64,000 nucleotides of DNA from Pirellulales bacterium (GCA_963733035.1 CAVTBU010000006.1:672001-736000), one strand, 5' to 3'. Positions 43,623 to 54,000 are shown, numbered from the stretch's first letter. Numbers and translations are program-made. Notes: generated from the letters alone by a model not told the origin.

Positions 43623-46600
43623 ATGCATTGGTTGAAGCTGCTTGGGCCGCCGCGCGGTCGTAAAGCGCCGGCGCTACGCAAACACGCATTGGACCTCCAG
43701 TTCGAAACCCTCGAACAACGACGAGTCCTCTCGATTGATCCGGTGGCTGTTGTCGCGCCCGAGACGGTTAGTCCTGATCCGGTTGTGGTGCCCTTGGCCG
43801 TTGCCGACCAGAGCATCCAGAGTTCGTGGCAAGCTGATTCGACCAGCACCCTGTCCGTTTCCGAGCACACTGGCGAAAAGCCACAATCCAAAGTGTGGAC
43901 CTATGATGGCGAGTGGTTCGCCGTGCTGCCGAATTCGACGGGCACCTGGATCTGGCGACTCGACAATGGTGCCTGGACTCCCGTTTTGGAGTTGTCCAGT
44001 TCGAACACGTACCACGCCGACGTCAAACCGACGGGCAACATAACACACGTGCTGCTGTTCGACGGCGGCATTACGCAGTTGGCCAGCGTTCAATACGTGG
44101 CGGCGACCCATTCGTACGAGTTCTGGTCGCAGCGTCCTGACAACGTGGGCATCGCGCTGCCCGGTTCCACGGAAACGGCGACCATCGACATCGACTCGCA
44201 AGGCCGCATGTGGTTGGCCTACGACAACAAGTCGGCGCACACCGTCGAAGTCCGCTATAGCGACGGCGACTACGGAAGCTGGAGCGGTCCGATCACCGTT
44301 GCATCAGGACTCGCAACTGACGATATCTCGGCCATTGTCGCAATGAGTACTGGACAGATTGGTGTCTTCTGGTCGAACCAGAACACGCGCCGATTCGGAT
44401 TCCGGACGCACGACGATGGTGCTGATCCGAACCAGTGGAACGCTTTTGAAGTGCCCGCCGATCAATCGGCGTTAAACATCGGGCACGGCATGGCCGACGA
44501 CCACATGCATTTGGTGTGCGGCTCGGACGGGACGATATACGCGGCCGTCAAAACCGGCTACGACAGCTCCAAGGCCACGGAAATCGGGCTCTTGGTGCGG
44601 CATCCCGACGGAACCTGGGATCCACTGTATGACGTTGCTCCGGTGGGAACTCGCCCGATCGTGGTCCTTAACGAACAGTTGGGCAGCGTCCTCGTCGCCT
44701 ACACCGAGCAAGATGCCGGCGGCAAGATTCTCTATCGTGAAACGTCGACTAGTTCGATTTCTTTCGGCCCGGCGCAAGTGTTGATCAGCGGTGCCACTTA
44801 CAACAACGTCACCAGTACCAAGCAGACGTTCACCGACCAGATCCTATTTGTTGCGGCCACCAGTTCCAAAGTGGCCGGCACATTGCTGATCAATCCGGAA
44901 GCCACCCCATCGGCACCTGTCACAAATCAGCCGCCGCAGGTCAGTGCCGGACCCGACCTCTCGACGCAGCTTGGCACCCCCGTCGCCCTGAACGCCTCTG
45001 CTAGCGATGACGGCGAGCCAAGCGGCACCTTGACGCTGCAATGGATCATGGTCAGCGGTCCAGGTTCGGCCTTCTTCGGCAATACGAACGTCGCCTCTAC
45101 CAATGTCACCTTCAGCGCGGCCGGTACCTATGTGCTGCGGTTAACTGCCTCAGACGGTACCTTGGCGGCCAGCGACGACGTGACGGTGACCGTGACAACT
45201 AGCGCTCCGGCGAACCAGGCCCCCAGTGTCCAGGCAGGCTCGGACCTGGCCGGTGCGACGGGCACCCCAATCCAATTGGCTGGAGCCATCACCGACGACG
45301 GATTGCCGACCGGAACGCTCACGTCCCAGTGGACGCTACTCAGCGGGCCTGGTCTGGTCAATTTCGCAGACGCCAATGCCGCCAGCACAACAGCGACGTT
45401 CAGCGTGGCGGGCAGTTACGTATTGCGATTGACGGCTTCGGACGGGGCCTTGAGTTCGAGCGATGACGTGACAGTCACCGTAACCACGGCCACCTCGCCC
45501 GGCATCGTCGGTTTTTGGAACTTCCTAAAGGGCATTGGGGCGGGGTACCCGAGTGAGATCGGCGACTTGGGAAGCTTGCAGGGGGGAGCTACCGTTAGCA
45601 CCGATGGCCGGCTGAACCTCAATGGCTCCGGGCAGCAATACGTTGTGCCTGACATGCCCGAGTTGCAAATCTCGAATGCCATCACCATTACCGCCTGGAT
45701 TAAACCCAGTACCGGTGGGACCCAGTATATTGTCAAGAAGGCATCTAGCAACTCGACTGACGGGTTTGAACTGGGCTTGAGCAACAGCGGCACCGTATTT
45801 GTGCGCTTTAATCAAGCGAGTTCTGGCAACAGCTACCGTATCGACTCTTCGTCCAAGTATCCGACCAATGGCAATACTTGGATGCACGTGGCGGCGACCT
45901 ATGATGGCTCAACAATTCGGCTGTACATCAACGGCCAGGAACAGGCAAGCCAGGCAGCCAAGTTTACCATTGCCACGAACAATTTGCCCTTGAGCCTTGG
46001 CTCAGGTGACAGTGGCAGTCGCACAATGCAAGGTCAGCTTGACGAAGTGTTGGTTACCGACCGAGCACTTTCGGCGGCGGAGGTCTCGCAGGTGTATTCC
46101 GGCGGGTTCCATCCGACGCCACCGTCGGCGCCGGTCAACCAACCGCCCAGCGTCAGCGCGGGTTCGGATCAGTCAACCCAAGTGGGCGTTAGTTTCAATC
46201 TTAGCGGTTCGGTTGCCGACGACGGTCAGCCGTCGGGCTCGCTCTTGAGCAATTGGAGCGTGGTCAGCGGACCAGGCGCGGTCAGCTTCGGAAACGCGGC
46301 ATCGCCAACGAGCCTCGTCACGTTCAGCGCAGCGGGCACCTACGTCCTGCGGCTAACAGCTTCGGACGGCGACCTCAGCTCGAGCGACGACGTTACCTTC
46401 GTCGTAGCCGCGGCAAGCTCGCCAGGCATTGTTGGCTTTTGGAACTTCAAGTCGGGCTTTGGAGCCGGATACCCCAGCGAGATTGGCGACCAGGGAAGCC
46501 TGCAAGGGGGGGCCACGGTCACCAGTAACGGCCGTCTTAACCTGAACGGCTCGGGACAAAGCTACGTCGTGCCAGACGTTCCGCAATTGCAGATTGCCGA

Positions 46601-47969
46601 TGCGATCACGATTACGGCCTGGATCAAGCCCAGCGCCAGCGGGTCGCAAACCGTGATCAGCAAGGCAAGCAGCAACACGACCGACGGCTTTGAACTGGGG
46701 CTAAGTGCCAGCGGCACGGTCTTCGTCCGCTTCAATCAGGCGAGTTCGGGAGACAGCTATCGCGTTGACTCAACATCGAGCTATCCGACGAGCGGAAACA
46801 ACTGGATGCACGTCGCCGCGACCTACGACGGTTCCACGATTCGTCTCTACATCAACGGCCAGCAGCAGGCCAGCTTGGCCGCTTCGATCACAATCGGCAC
46901 AAACAATCTGCCGCTGACATTTGGTTCAGACGCCGGCGGTGCGAATTCGATGGCGGGGCAACTCGACGAAGTGTTGATCACGGATCGCGCGCTCACGGCC
47001 TTTGAGATCTCGCAGGTGTACGTCGGCGGGTTCAATCCCACTTCCCCGTCAAGCGTCAATCAACCGCCAACCGTCAGTGCCGGGCCTGACTTGAGTGGAC
47101 AAACCGGAGTGTCCATCTCACTCAACGGTCTTGCGACCGACGACGGACAACCCTCGGGTGTCTTGCTATCGCAGTGGACCGCGGTGAGCGGCCCCGGTTC
47201 CGTCGATTTTGGCGACGCAAGCGCGGTAAGTACGACGGCGACTTTCAGTACGGCAGGCACCTACGTTTTGCGGCTGACGGCTTCGGATGGGGCATTGAGT
47301 TCGAGCGACGACGTAACGGTCGAGGTGACCTCGTCCAGCTCGCCGGGCCTCGTTGGCTTCTGGAACTTTAAGCAGGGTATTGGGGCGGGGTATGCCAGCG
47401 AGATCGGTGATCAGGGGAGTTTGCAAGGCGGCGCCACCGTAACCAGTAACGGCCGCCTCAATCTGAACGGCTCGGGACAGAGCTACGTCGTACCGGACGG
47501 TCCCCAGTTGCAGATCGCCGACGCGATTACGATCACCGCCTGGATCAAGCCCAGCGCCAGCGGATCGCAAACCATCGTCAGCAAGGCAGGCAGCAATACG
47601 ACCGACGGATTTGAACTGGGATTAAGCGCCAGCGGCACGGTCTTCGTCCGCTTCAACCAAGCCAGTTCAGGAGACACGTATCGTGTCGATTCGTCGTCAA
47701 GCTATCCCACCGACGGCAACACTTGGCTGCACGTGGCGGCGACTTATGACGGTTCCACAATCCGACTCTACATTAACGGCCAGGAGCAGGCGAGCCAGAC
47801 GGGTGCGTTTTCCATCGGTACAAATAGCCTCCCGCTGACATTCGGCGCTGATGCCAACGGTGCCAACTCAATGGTGGGACAGCTCGACGAAGTGCTAATC
47901 ACCGACCGGGCTTTGTCGGCCTCCGAGATTTCAAAGGTGTACACCGGCGGGTTCAATCCCACGCCGTGA
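43623..47969 (+). CDS. Large extracellular protein: planctomycete export motif, beta-propeller-like domain, 4 PKD/Ig-like and 3 LamG/ConA-like domains
   Basis: LQFETLEQRRVLS N-terminal motif; NQPPxVSAG...GTYVLRLTASDG...DDVTV x4; ITITAWIKP...WMHVAATYDGSTIRLYING...GQLDEV x3. Confidence 0.9.
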   Translation: MHWLKLLGPPRGRKAPALRKHALDLQFETLEQRRVLSIDPVAVVAPETVSPDPVVVPLAVADQSIQSSWQADSTSTLSVSEHTGEKPQSKVWTYDGEWFAVLPNSTGTWIWRLDNGAWTPVLELSSSNTYHADVKPTGNITHVLLFDGGITQLASVQYVAATHSYEFWSQRPDNVGIALPGSTETATIDIDSQGRMWLAYDNKSAHTVEVRYSDGDYGSWSGPITVASGLATDDISAIVAMSTGQIGVFWSNQNTRRFGFRTHDDGADPNQWNAFEVPADQSALNIGHGMADDHMHLVCGSDGTIYAAVKTGYDSSKATEIGLLVRHPDGTWDPLYDVAPVGTRPIVVLNEQLGSVLVAYTEQDAGGKILYRETSTSSISFGPAQVLISGATYNNVTSTKQTFTDQILFVAATSSKVAGTLLINPEATPSAPVTNQPPQVSAGPDLSTQLGTPVALNASASDDGEPSGTLTLQWIMVSGPGSAFFGNTNVASTNVTFSAAGTYVLRLTASDGTLAASDDVTVTVTTSAPANQAPSVQAGSDLAGATGTPIQLAGAITDDGLPTGTLTSQWTLLSGPGLVNFADANAASTTATFSVAGSYVLRLTASDGALSSSDDVTVTVTTATSPGIVGFWNFLKGIGAGYPSEIGDLGSLQGGATVSTDGRLNLNGSGQQYVVPDMPELQISNAITITAWIKPSTGGTQYIVKKASSNSTDGFELGLSNSGTVFVRFNQASSGNSYRIDSSSKYPTNGNTWMHVAATYDGSTIRLYINGQEQASQAAKFTIATNNLPLSLGSGDSGSRTMQGQLDEVLVTDRALSAAEVSQVYSGGFHPTPPSAPVNQPPSVSAGSDQSTQVGVSFNLSGSVADDGQPSGSLLSNWSVVSGPGAVSFGNAASPTSLVTFSAAGTYVLRLTASDGDLSSSDDVTFVVAAASSPGIVGFWNFKSGFGAGYPSEIGDQGSLQGGATVTSNGRLNLNGSGQSYVVPDVPQLQIADAITITAWIKPSASGSQTVISKASSNTTDGFELGLSASGTVFVRFNQASSGDSYRVDSTSSYPTSGNNWMHVAATYDGSTIRLYINGQQQASLAASITIGTNNLPLTFGSDAGGANSMAGQLDEVLITDRALTAFEISQVYVGGFNPTSPSSVNQPPTVSAGPDLSGQTGVSISLNGLATDDGQPSGVLLSQWTAVSGPGSVDFGDASAVSTTATFSTAGTYVLRLTASDGALSSSDDVTVEVTSSSSPGLVGFWNFKQGIGAGYASEIGDQGSLQGGATVTSNGRLNLNGSGQSYVVPDGPQLQIADAITITAWIKPSASGSQTIVSKAGSNTTDGFELGLSASGTVFVRFNQASSGDTYRVDSSSSYPTDGNTWLHVAATYDGSTIRLYINGQEQASQTGAFSIGTNSLPLTFGADANGANSMVGQLDEVLITDRALSASEISKVYTGGFNPTP
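45213..47966 (+). repeat. Three tandem ~921-924 bp intragenic repeats (PKD-like + LamG unit)
   Basis: Units start near 45213, 46137 and 47058. Long near-identical DNA stretches between units 2 and 3, e.g. tggatcaagcccagcgccagcgg. Confidence 0.85.
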
Positions 47970-48003
47970 CCTGCCCACGCCGAGTAAAAAAAGTCACCAG
48001 TCG

Positions 48004-50295
48004 CTACGCCGCTCGACGGACCTCGGCTGAGGCGCGCACGGGCTGATCTCGCTGGCGACGCACGTTCCAGGCATGGATGCACCGCCGTAGATAGTATCGT
48101 ACCCGTCGTGGCCAATAGCGATGCGGCCGCAGCGCGACATAGGCCGTCCGCTTGACGTGCTGGAGCCATCGCGGATCATTCAACAGACTTTCCAGCGACA
48201 GACCCGTGTACGGCAACCAATTCCGGCGATAGTTCTTGGCACCACCGGACGGCAAGTCGCCGGCGAAATCAATCGGACAGCCGGCGATGTCATAGCTATC
48301 GCGGAAAGTAGCAGGTTGTTGTTCATAGTGATGCAGGAATTCGAAGTCGATTAATTTCAGACCCTGCTGCCGATCGATCAGGACGTTGTCGATGCTGGCA
48401 TCGATTAGGGCGTAGCCCGCCTCGTAAACGCAGCGAATCGCTCCGATCGCCTCCTGTGCCACGTCGATCGGCAGTAACCGTCCACTCGAACGATCATAGC
48501 GAAGCACATCATCGTAGAACGGATAAACGACGGTGCGCTCGCTGGATTCAAGTAGCGGGGGAACTTGTGGCACCTGCGGTGCGAGATCTCGCATCGCGTG
48601 TTCTTCGCGGCGGCAAAATCGCTCGCAGCCGAGTTTGAACGACTTGCGCACTGCGAGTCGCCCGTGGTATTTGATCAGCTCAATCTTGGTACGACGCCCA
48701 AACCGTGTCAGGTCCTGAAGTACCGGAGCGTCGTTTGAGCTGTCAGCGTTCCAGGAGTCCAGTCGGCGCCGGATCTCGCCCTCGCCTTCAGGCATTGCCA
48801 AGGCGATATACTCCCAGGCTTCGGTGCCGTTGTCGCTTGAATGCAGCGCGTTGCAATGTTCTTCGACAGGGAGCCCCTGATTGAACGCATCGCGAATCCG
48901 TCCCTTCTCCAACACGCGGGCATTGGTGGCCAACGGAAACTTCTTCCGCTGCCGGCGCGTCAACGGCTGCGGTTGCGGGTCGAACGCCACGACCACGGCC
49001 GCGGGAGGTCCTCCAGAAACCGCCCACGGTCCGCGGCCCCAATTGCCACCGCGAATGTTGGCGGCCACGTGGCGCAATTCCGCGTCGGAGAGCATTTTGA
49101 TTTTCAGAATTGAAAAACCAAGGTCTTCCAATAGTGGCACAAGCTTATCAAGACCGCCACGGTTCATTGCCTCGCTTCGGAGGATGAAAGTCACCAGACC
49201 CCGATCCTCCGGACGCTCGAGGTCGTCGTGCAGCGACTGGCGGATCCAGCGATTGCGTTTCCCCAATCGCAAAAGCATGTCGCGCGGCGGTTGCCAGTCA
49301 TGTTCGGCTAGAAACACGTCGAGACCCTCGCGAGTGACGTCCAGTGGTGTCCCAAGCTTGTTCGCCAGGCTCGACAGAATCGTGCGGTAGTCGTGATCGT
49401 GCGATCGTTCGCGACGCACCGGAGCGGCAGCCGACTTGGGGATGCCAGAGGATGGACCCTTGTGGTAAACGGCGTGATAAGCCAAGCTCAGCAGGTGCTG
49501 ATCAGGACGAGGTACGCGGCAGACTCCGTTGTGCGGCACGGCGCCGTCGAGGAGTTCCTTGGCCAGCCGAGGCGGAAAATACGGCATCTTGCGAAAGTCC
49601 GACCGGGGCAGACCGGTCTCGGAATAGATGTCACAGGGCTGAACGCCGGGGCCGTCCTCGAGTATCGCCAAGACCGCTTCCAGATGCTTGTCGTCGACGA
49701 GCAAGTCGAGGTCCTCTCCAGGCGGCAATTCGGGCAGCGATTCGAACCATCGTAGCACGACATGTCGCAGATCAGCATCCCGTAGTCGTTGCAGAAAGCC
49801 GGTCAAGCCGAGATTAAAAGGTACGTAGTGCCGGGCGCCGCTGGGCAGACGTCGACGTCGTACGGGATAGACGAGCAGGCAATCGTTACCATCGTCCGTG
49901 AGCGCCACGCGTTGTGCCGTCGACAGGTTTCCCAGCAGGACATGACACCAGCAGACCAGCCGGACCATTAGCAGCATGGGGTGCAAGCGGCCGCTGACGG
50001 CTACAAACTGAGCATGTCTCAGGTTGCGAAACCGGACCGCGCCCAACGCTGCGCGGCCGCCAACGATAAGCACCTCGGCATTATTTTCGCGGAGCGCGTT
50101 TCGCCGCACGGACACTGTCGCATGTGATTGCAGAGCGGGGTGTTCGGAAACGATCCGCGCGCATTGTTGCCGCGAGTTGGCGATGCACAGGTAGCGGTCA
50201 TATCCGGCGGCCAAGAGTCGCTCGCCCAGCGGTTGGCGGCCGGCGAAAACCTCGATGAACCTCGTGGTGGGTTCCCACCTGTCACGTGCGGGCAT
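48004..50295 (-). CDS. Multidomain hypothetical protein: nucleotidyltransferase-like, nucleoside-diphosphate-kinase-like and protein-kinase-like domains
   Basis: VVLRW...GEDLDLLVDD; TFILRSEA..RG...LEDLGFSILKIKML...GGP...IRDAF...NALHSSDN..EA; AVRK...REE...D...NVLID...LKLIDFEF. Confidence 0.65.
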   Translation of the reverse strand: MPARDRWEPTTRFIEVFAGRQPLGERLLAAGYDRYLCIANSRQQCARIVSEHPALQSHATVSVRRNALRENNAEVLIVGGRAALGAVRFRNLRHAQFVAVSGRLHPMLLMVRLVCWCHVLLGNLSTAQRVALTDDGNDCLLVYPVRRRRLPSGARHYVPFNLGLTGFLQRLRDADLRHVVLRWFESLPELPPGEDLDLLVDDKHLEAVLAILEDGPGVQPCDIYSETGLPRSDFRKMPYFPPRLAKELLDGAVPHNGVCRVPRPDQHLLSLAYHAVYHKGPSSGIPKSAAAPVRRERSHDHDYRTILSSLANKLGTPLDVTREGLDVFLAEHDWQPPRDMLLRLGKRNRWIRQSLHDDLERPEDRGLVTFILRSEAMNRGGLDKLVPLLEDLGFSILKIKMLSDAELRHVAANIRGGNWGRGPWAVSGGPPAAVVVAFDPQPQPLTRRQRKKFPLATNARVLEKGRIRDAFNQGLPVEEHCNALHSSDNGTEAWEYIALAMPEGEGEIRRRLDSWNADSSNDAPVLQDLTRFGRRTKIELIKYHGRLAVRKSFKLGCERFCRREEHAMRDLAPQVPQVPPLLESSERTVVYPFYDDVLRYDRSSGRLLPIDVAQEAIGAIRCVYEAGYALIDASIDNVLIDRQQGLKLIDFEFLHHYEQQPATFRDSYDIAGCPIDFAGDLPSGGAKNYRRNWLPYTGLSLESLLNDPRWLQHVKRTAYVALRPHRYWPRRVRYYLRRCIHAWNVRRQRDQPVRASAEVRRAA

Positions 50296-50333
50296 CCGTT
50301 TCCTCGCTGCTTGCGGCCGTTCTGTGCCGGCGT

Positions 50334-51215
50334 TTAGGCTGCCCTATTCTTCGCTTCGCGACGACCCCATTGTGCCTCGCTTGCCGCATCGCCGCCGAAA
50401 GCAATCACTTCGATTGTGCGATCGCTCGATTCCGCTTCGGGGTCGGGCTGCAACTTTGCGTGCTGCAATTCCCACAGCCGGGCTTGTTTCATGAACGTGT
50501 AAAATGCCGTGTAGGCGCAGATGTGAAAACCCGGCATGCCGTCCAAGAAGCCCAGCCGCAGAATGTACAACTGCAGAAATCGCAACGGGGCACGAAACAC
50601 CATTGACAACAGACTGACGCGCTGTCCTTCGTCGCGTAGATTGAGCGCTCCCCATGAGGCGTAGCGATTCATCTTCCGCCAGTACTCGTCGGAGCTCCAG
50701 GTCGTGTAGTGATCGAACGGATGCTTGAGCCGCCGGACGCGCGACGGATCCATTTGTATCTCGGCATGTACCCAGCGTTCGCGATAGCGCCCGATGTCGC
50801 GGCGAAAAAGCCGCAACACGTCGTCGCTTCCCCAGCCGCAGTGGGCGATATGGTAGCCAAGAAAATGGTTCTTGCGTCCAATCCAGTAGCCGTCGATGTC
50901 GTCACTCGGCTTGTCAAGCAACAGGCGAATCTCTGCGGCCAACTGCGGTGTTACTCGCTCGTCGGCGTCGACGATGATTACCCAAGGATGTTGAGCCTGC
51001 GGGATCGCCCAGTTCTTGAAGTTGGCCGAATGCACATAATCCCGTTGAATGATACGGCAGCCGCCCATTTTGCGCACGATGTCCAGCGTGCCGTCGGTCG
51101 AACCGCTGTCCGCGACGAGAATCTCGTCGGCGATCGGCCGCACGGACTCAATGCAGGGTCGGATATTGTATCGTTCATTCTTGCAGGGAATCAGGGCCGT
51201 TAACTTTGTCTTCAT
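50334..51215 (-). CDS. Glycosyltransferase family 2 (WaaE/KdtX-like)
   Basis: IPCKNE, VADSGSTDGT, KNWA, VDADERV, VHAE, Y.LRLGFLDG..G. Confidence 0.92.
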   Translation of the reverse strand: MKTKLTALIPCKNERYNIRPCIESVRPIADEILVADSGSTDGTLDIVRKMGGCRIIQRDYVHSANFKNWAIPQAQHPWVIIVDADERVTPQLAAEIRLLLDKPSDDIDGYWIGRKNHFLGYHIAHCGWGSDDVLRLFRRDIGRYRERWVHAEIQMDPSRVRRLKHPFDHYTTWSSDEYWRKMNRYASWGALNLRDEGQRVSLLSMVFRAPLRFLQLYILRLGFLDGMPGFHICAYTAFYTFMKQARLWELQHAKLQPDPEAESSDRTIEVIAFGGDAASEAQWGRREAKNRAA

Positions 51216-51650
51216 GGATGGTCCTACTCAGGAAACTCATGGCGCAGAATCTCCTGCCCCGGGAATGTCTTCGGTATCGGCAAATGTGAGTCTTTCGTGA
51301 AAACCCCCAAAACCGGCAGAACCGTCTCGACTGGAGTAGCGAACGAAATCTGTTGGTACAAACGACGTGCTAGCACGGAATCGGGCGCGAAGTTTCAACT
51401 GTCCGCGCTACGCGCGGATTTCTTCACGTATTCGGTGGAGTTCCGCCCACCCAGTGCGTCCATACGGGCAGACACGTGAATTTGCGCCGCCCGGATGCGT
51501 GCGATCGTGCCAATTTCCGCCGGATCGCTCGTCATGCGGCAGCGCGCCGGCCAAAGAAACGTGCTTACAACAAATCTGCTGGCGTTTGCGGCCTGGCGCT
51601 CGTAACTTGTAGCCATGCGCCGTAACACGCTTGCCAATCGCAGCCAGCAG

Positions 51651-52871
51651 ATGCTTCGCCGCCATTTCCTGGTGACCACCGGTGGGGCGACTTTCGTGGG
51701 ATTGTTCGCGTCAAAGCTGCTGGCCGCCGAGCGCCATTCGCGACGACTGCTGTTCACCTCGCGTGGCAAGACCGGTATCGCCATGCTCGATGGTGGCCGC
51801 ATGCGGTATCTCGACTTGGATGTTCCCAACCAGGCGACCTGGCAGCCGGGACCGGCCTTCGGAGACGGAAAGCGGATCGTGCTGTTAAGTATGGAACCGC
51901 GGCGCGATGGACCGGGTCGGCCCTTTGAAGAGTACTACACGCAGACGCCGACGCACCTCTGGACCTACGATCTTGATTCAGGAGCACTCGAGGAAATCTG
52001 CACGCGCGAGCGGCTGGCACCCTTCGAAACGCCGGCGTTGCTGCTGAGCGACGAGCGCATTCTGATGCAGGTGGTGCGCGACAAGGTTGGGCAGATCTTC
52101 TCCATGCGGTTGGATGGAAGCGACCCGCGTCCGTTCACCAGGGCAGGGGAGGGTTTGCCGTACGGCTTGAGCCTCAGCCCGGATGGACGCCGCGTGGCTT
52201 ATCATCTGGCCAGTCCCGAGGGCTATCAAATTTGGACGAGCGACACCGACGGGATGAACCGAGTGCGCGTGGCGGCCAGTCCGGCGCATTTGTACTTTGG
52301 CACTGCCTGGTCGCCGGACGGCAAGTGGGTGCTGTACGTTGACTGTCACTATCAGTCCGATCCGGGACACGACTGGGCCGACGTTTGCATCGGACGCGCG
52401 GATGGCAGCGAGCATCGCGTGTTGACCGAAGGACAGGCAATGTGGTTTGCAGCCACCTACGGCAACGAGCAAACGCGCGGTGGGGGCTCGAACGTGCCTG
52501 CTTGGACTCCGGACGGTGCGATTCTGTTTCCTCGCCGCACGCCCGATGCAACGGTCGCCTGGCAGTATCAGGCGAGTCGCCCCGACACGGATCACTTCAA
52601 CCGCGACTATAAACCGGAGCAAGCCCGCGGCTGCTGCGAGATTTGCCGCCTGGATCCTGCCAGTGGCGCGATGCAGGCGCTTACGCACGGCGACACCGGC
52701 GTCTGGGATTTCCGTGCCAGTGCAGCGCCCGACACGGGGCAAATCGTTTTTTGCCGTGCCAAAGTGGGCGATGCGCCGGCGATCTGGGTGATGGATGACG
52801 ACGGCCGCAATCCCCGGATGATCACGCGTGGCATCGACGACCTGGGTGCGGATCATCCTCGCTGGGTTTAG
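51651..52871 (+). CDS. TolB/PD40-repeat beta-propeller protein with a Tat signal
   Basis: MLRRHFL twin-Arg leader; LSPDGRRVAY, WSPDGKWV, WTPDG, DHPRW. Confidence 0.85.
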   Translation: MLRRHFLVTTGGATFVGLFASKLLAAERHSRRLLFTSRGKTGIAMLDGGRMRYLDLDVPNQATWQPGPAFGDGKRIVLLSMEPRRDGPGRPFEEYYTQTPTHLWTYDLDSGALEEICTRERLAPFETPALLLSDERILMQVVRDKVGQIFSMRLDGSDPRPFTRAGEGLPYGLSLSPDGRRVAYHLASPEGYQIWTSDTDGMNRVRVAASPAHLYFGTAWSPDGKWVLYVDCHYQSDPGHDWADVCIGRADGSEHRVLTEGQAMWFAATYGNEQTRGGGSNVPAWTPDGAILFPRRTPDATVAWQYQASRPDTDHFNRDYKPEQARGCCEICRLDPASGAMQALTHGDTGVWDFRASAAPDTGQIVFCRAKVGDAPAIWVMDDDGRNPRMITRGIDDLGADHPRWV

Positions 52872-52980
52872 CGGTCCAAATGTAACCCGAGATCCAACGG
52901 ACTGACGCTGGAACGGTCGCCGAATCCGAGGTAACGTAGTGGCAGAATCCTGCCGTATTGCTTCCACGAAAGGTCCCGCC

Positions 52981-54000
52981 ATGTTCGCTCGTCGGTCGTT
53001 TTGCGTCACTGTTCTCCTGTGCGCCGCAGTCTCCGGTGCTTTGCGTCTTGCCGAAGGGGCCGGCATCAGATTTGAAGGCAAGCAGGGACCCGGCAAGGGC
53101 AAACAAATCGTGCTCGTGAGCGGCGACGAAGAATACCGTTCCGAGGAAGGCTTGCCGCAGTTGGCCAAGATTTTGGCCGAACATCACGGGTTCACGTGTA
53201 CGGTTTTGTTCGCCATTGACAAGAACGACGGCACGATCAATCCGAACCAGAACGACAACATTCCCGGTCTCGAAGCGCTCGACTCGGCCGATTTGCTGAT
53301 CCTGTTCACGCGGTTCCGCAATCTACCGGACGACCAGATGCGACACATTGTCGACTACGTCGAGTCCGGCAAACCGATCATCGGGCTGCGAACCGCCACG
53401 CATGCCTTTGCATTGGCGCCCGAGAGCTCGTTTGCCCGCTACGGCTGGCAGAGCAAGGAGTGGGATGGCGGCTTTGGCCGGCAGGTGCTGGGCGAAACCT
53501 GGATCAATCACCACGGCGGACACGGCTCGCAAAGCACCCGCGGCATCATTGCCCCTGGCCAGCAGGACAATCCCATCCTGCGCGGCATCAAGGACGGCGA
53601 CATCTGGGGTCCGACCGACGTCTACGGCGTTCGTCTTCCGCTCCCCGGCAACAGCCAGCCGCTCGTGCTGGGGCAGGTGCTCGTCGGGATGAGCCCCGAC
53701 GATAAACCACTCGAAGGCAAGAAGAACGACCCGATGATGCCGATCGCCTGGACCAAGACTTACACGAGCCCCTCGGGCAAAACGGCGCGGGCTTTCACCA
53801 CAACGATGGGCGCTTCGCAAGACCTTTCGAGCGAGGGGCTCCGCCGCCTGCTGGTCAACGCGGCCTACTGGGCCTTGGGAATGGAAGACAAGATTCCATC
53901 CAGGTCCAACGTCGACATCGTCGGTCAGTACAACCCCACGCCGTTCGGTCACAGTACTTACCAGAAGGGCGTGAAGCCAGAGGACTTGAAGGAACGATGA
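52981..54000 (+). CDS. ThuA-like (class I glutamine amidotransferase-like fold) secreted protein
   Basis: SGDEEYRSEE, IPGLEAL..ADL, GLRTATHAF, PIAWT, FTTTMG, RRLLVNA.YW. Confidence 0.8.
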   Translation: MFARRSFCVTVLLCAAVSGALRLAEGAGIRFEGKQGPGKGKQIVLVSGDEEYRSEEGLPQLAKILAEHHGFTCTVLFAIDKNDGTINPNQNDNIPGLEALDSADLLILFTRFRNLPDDQMRHIVDYVESGKPIIGLRTATHAFALAPESSFARYGWQSKEWDGGFGRQVLGETWINHHGGHGSQSTRGIIAPGQQDNPILRGIKDGDIWGPTDVYGVRLPLPGNSQPLVLGQVLVGMSPDDKPLEGKKNDPMMPIAWTKTYTSPSGKTARAFTTTMGASQDLSSEGLRRLLVNAAYWALGMEDKIPSRSNVDIVGQYNPTPFGHSTYQKGVKPEDLKER

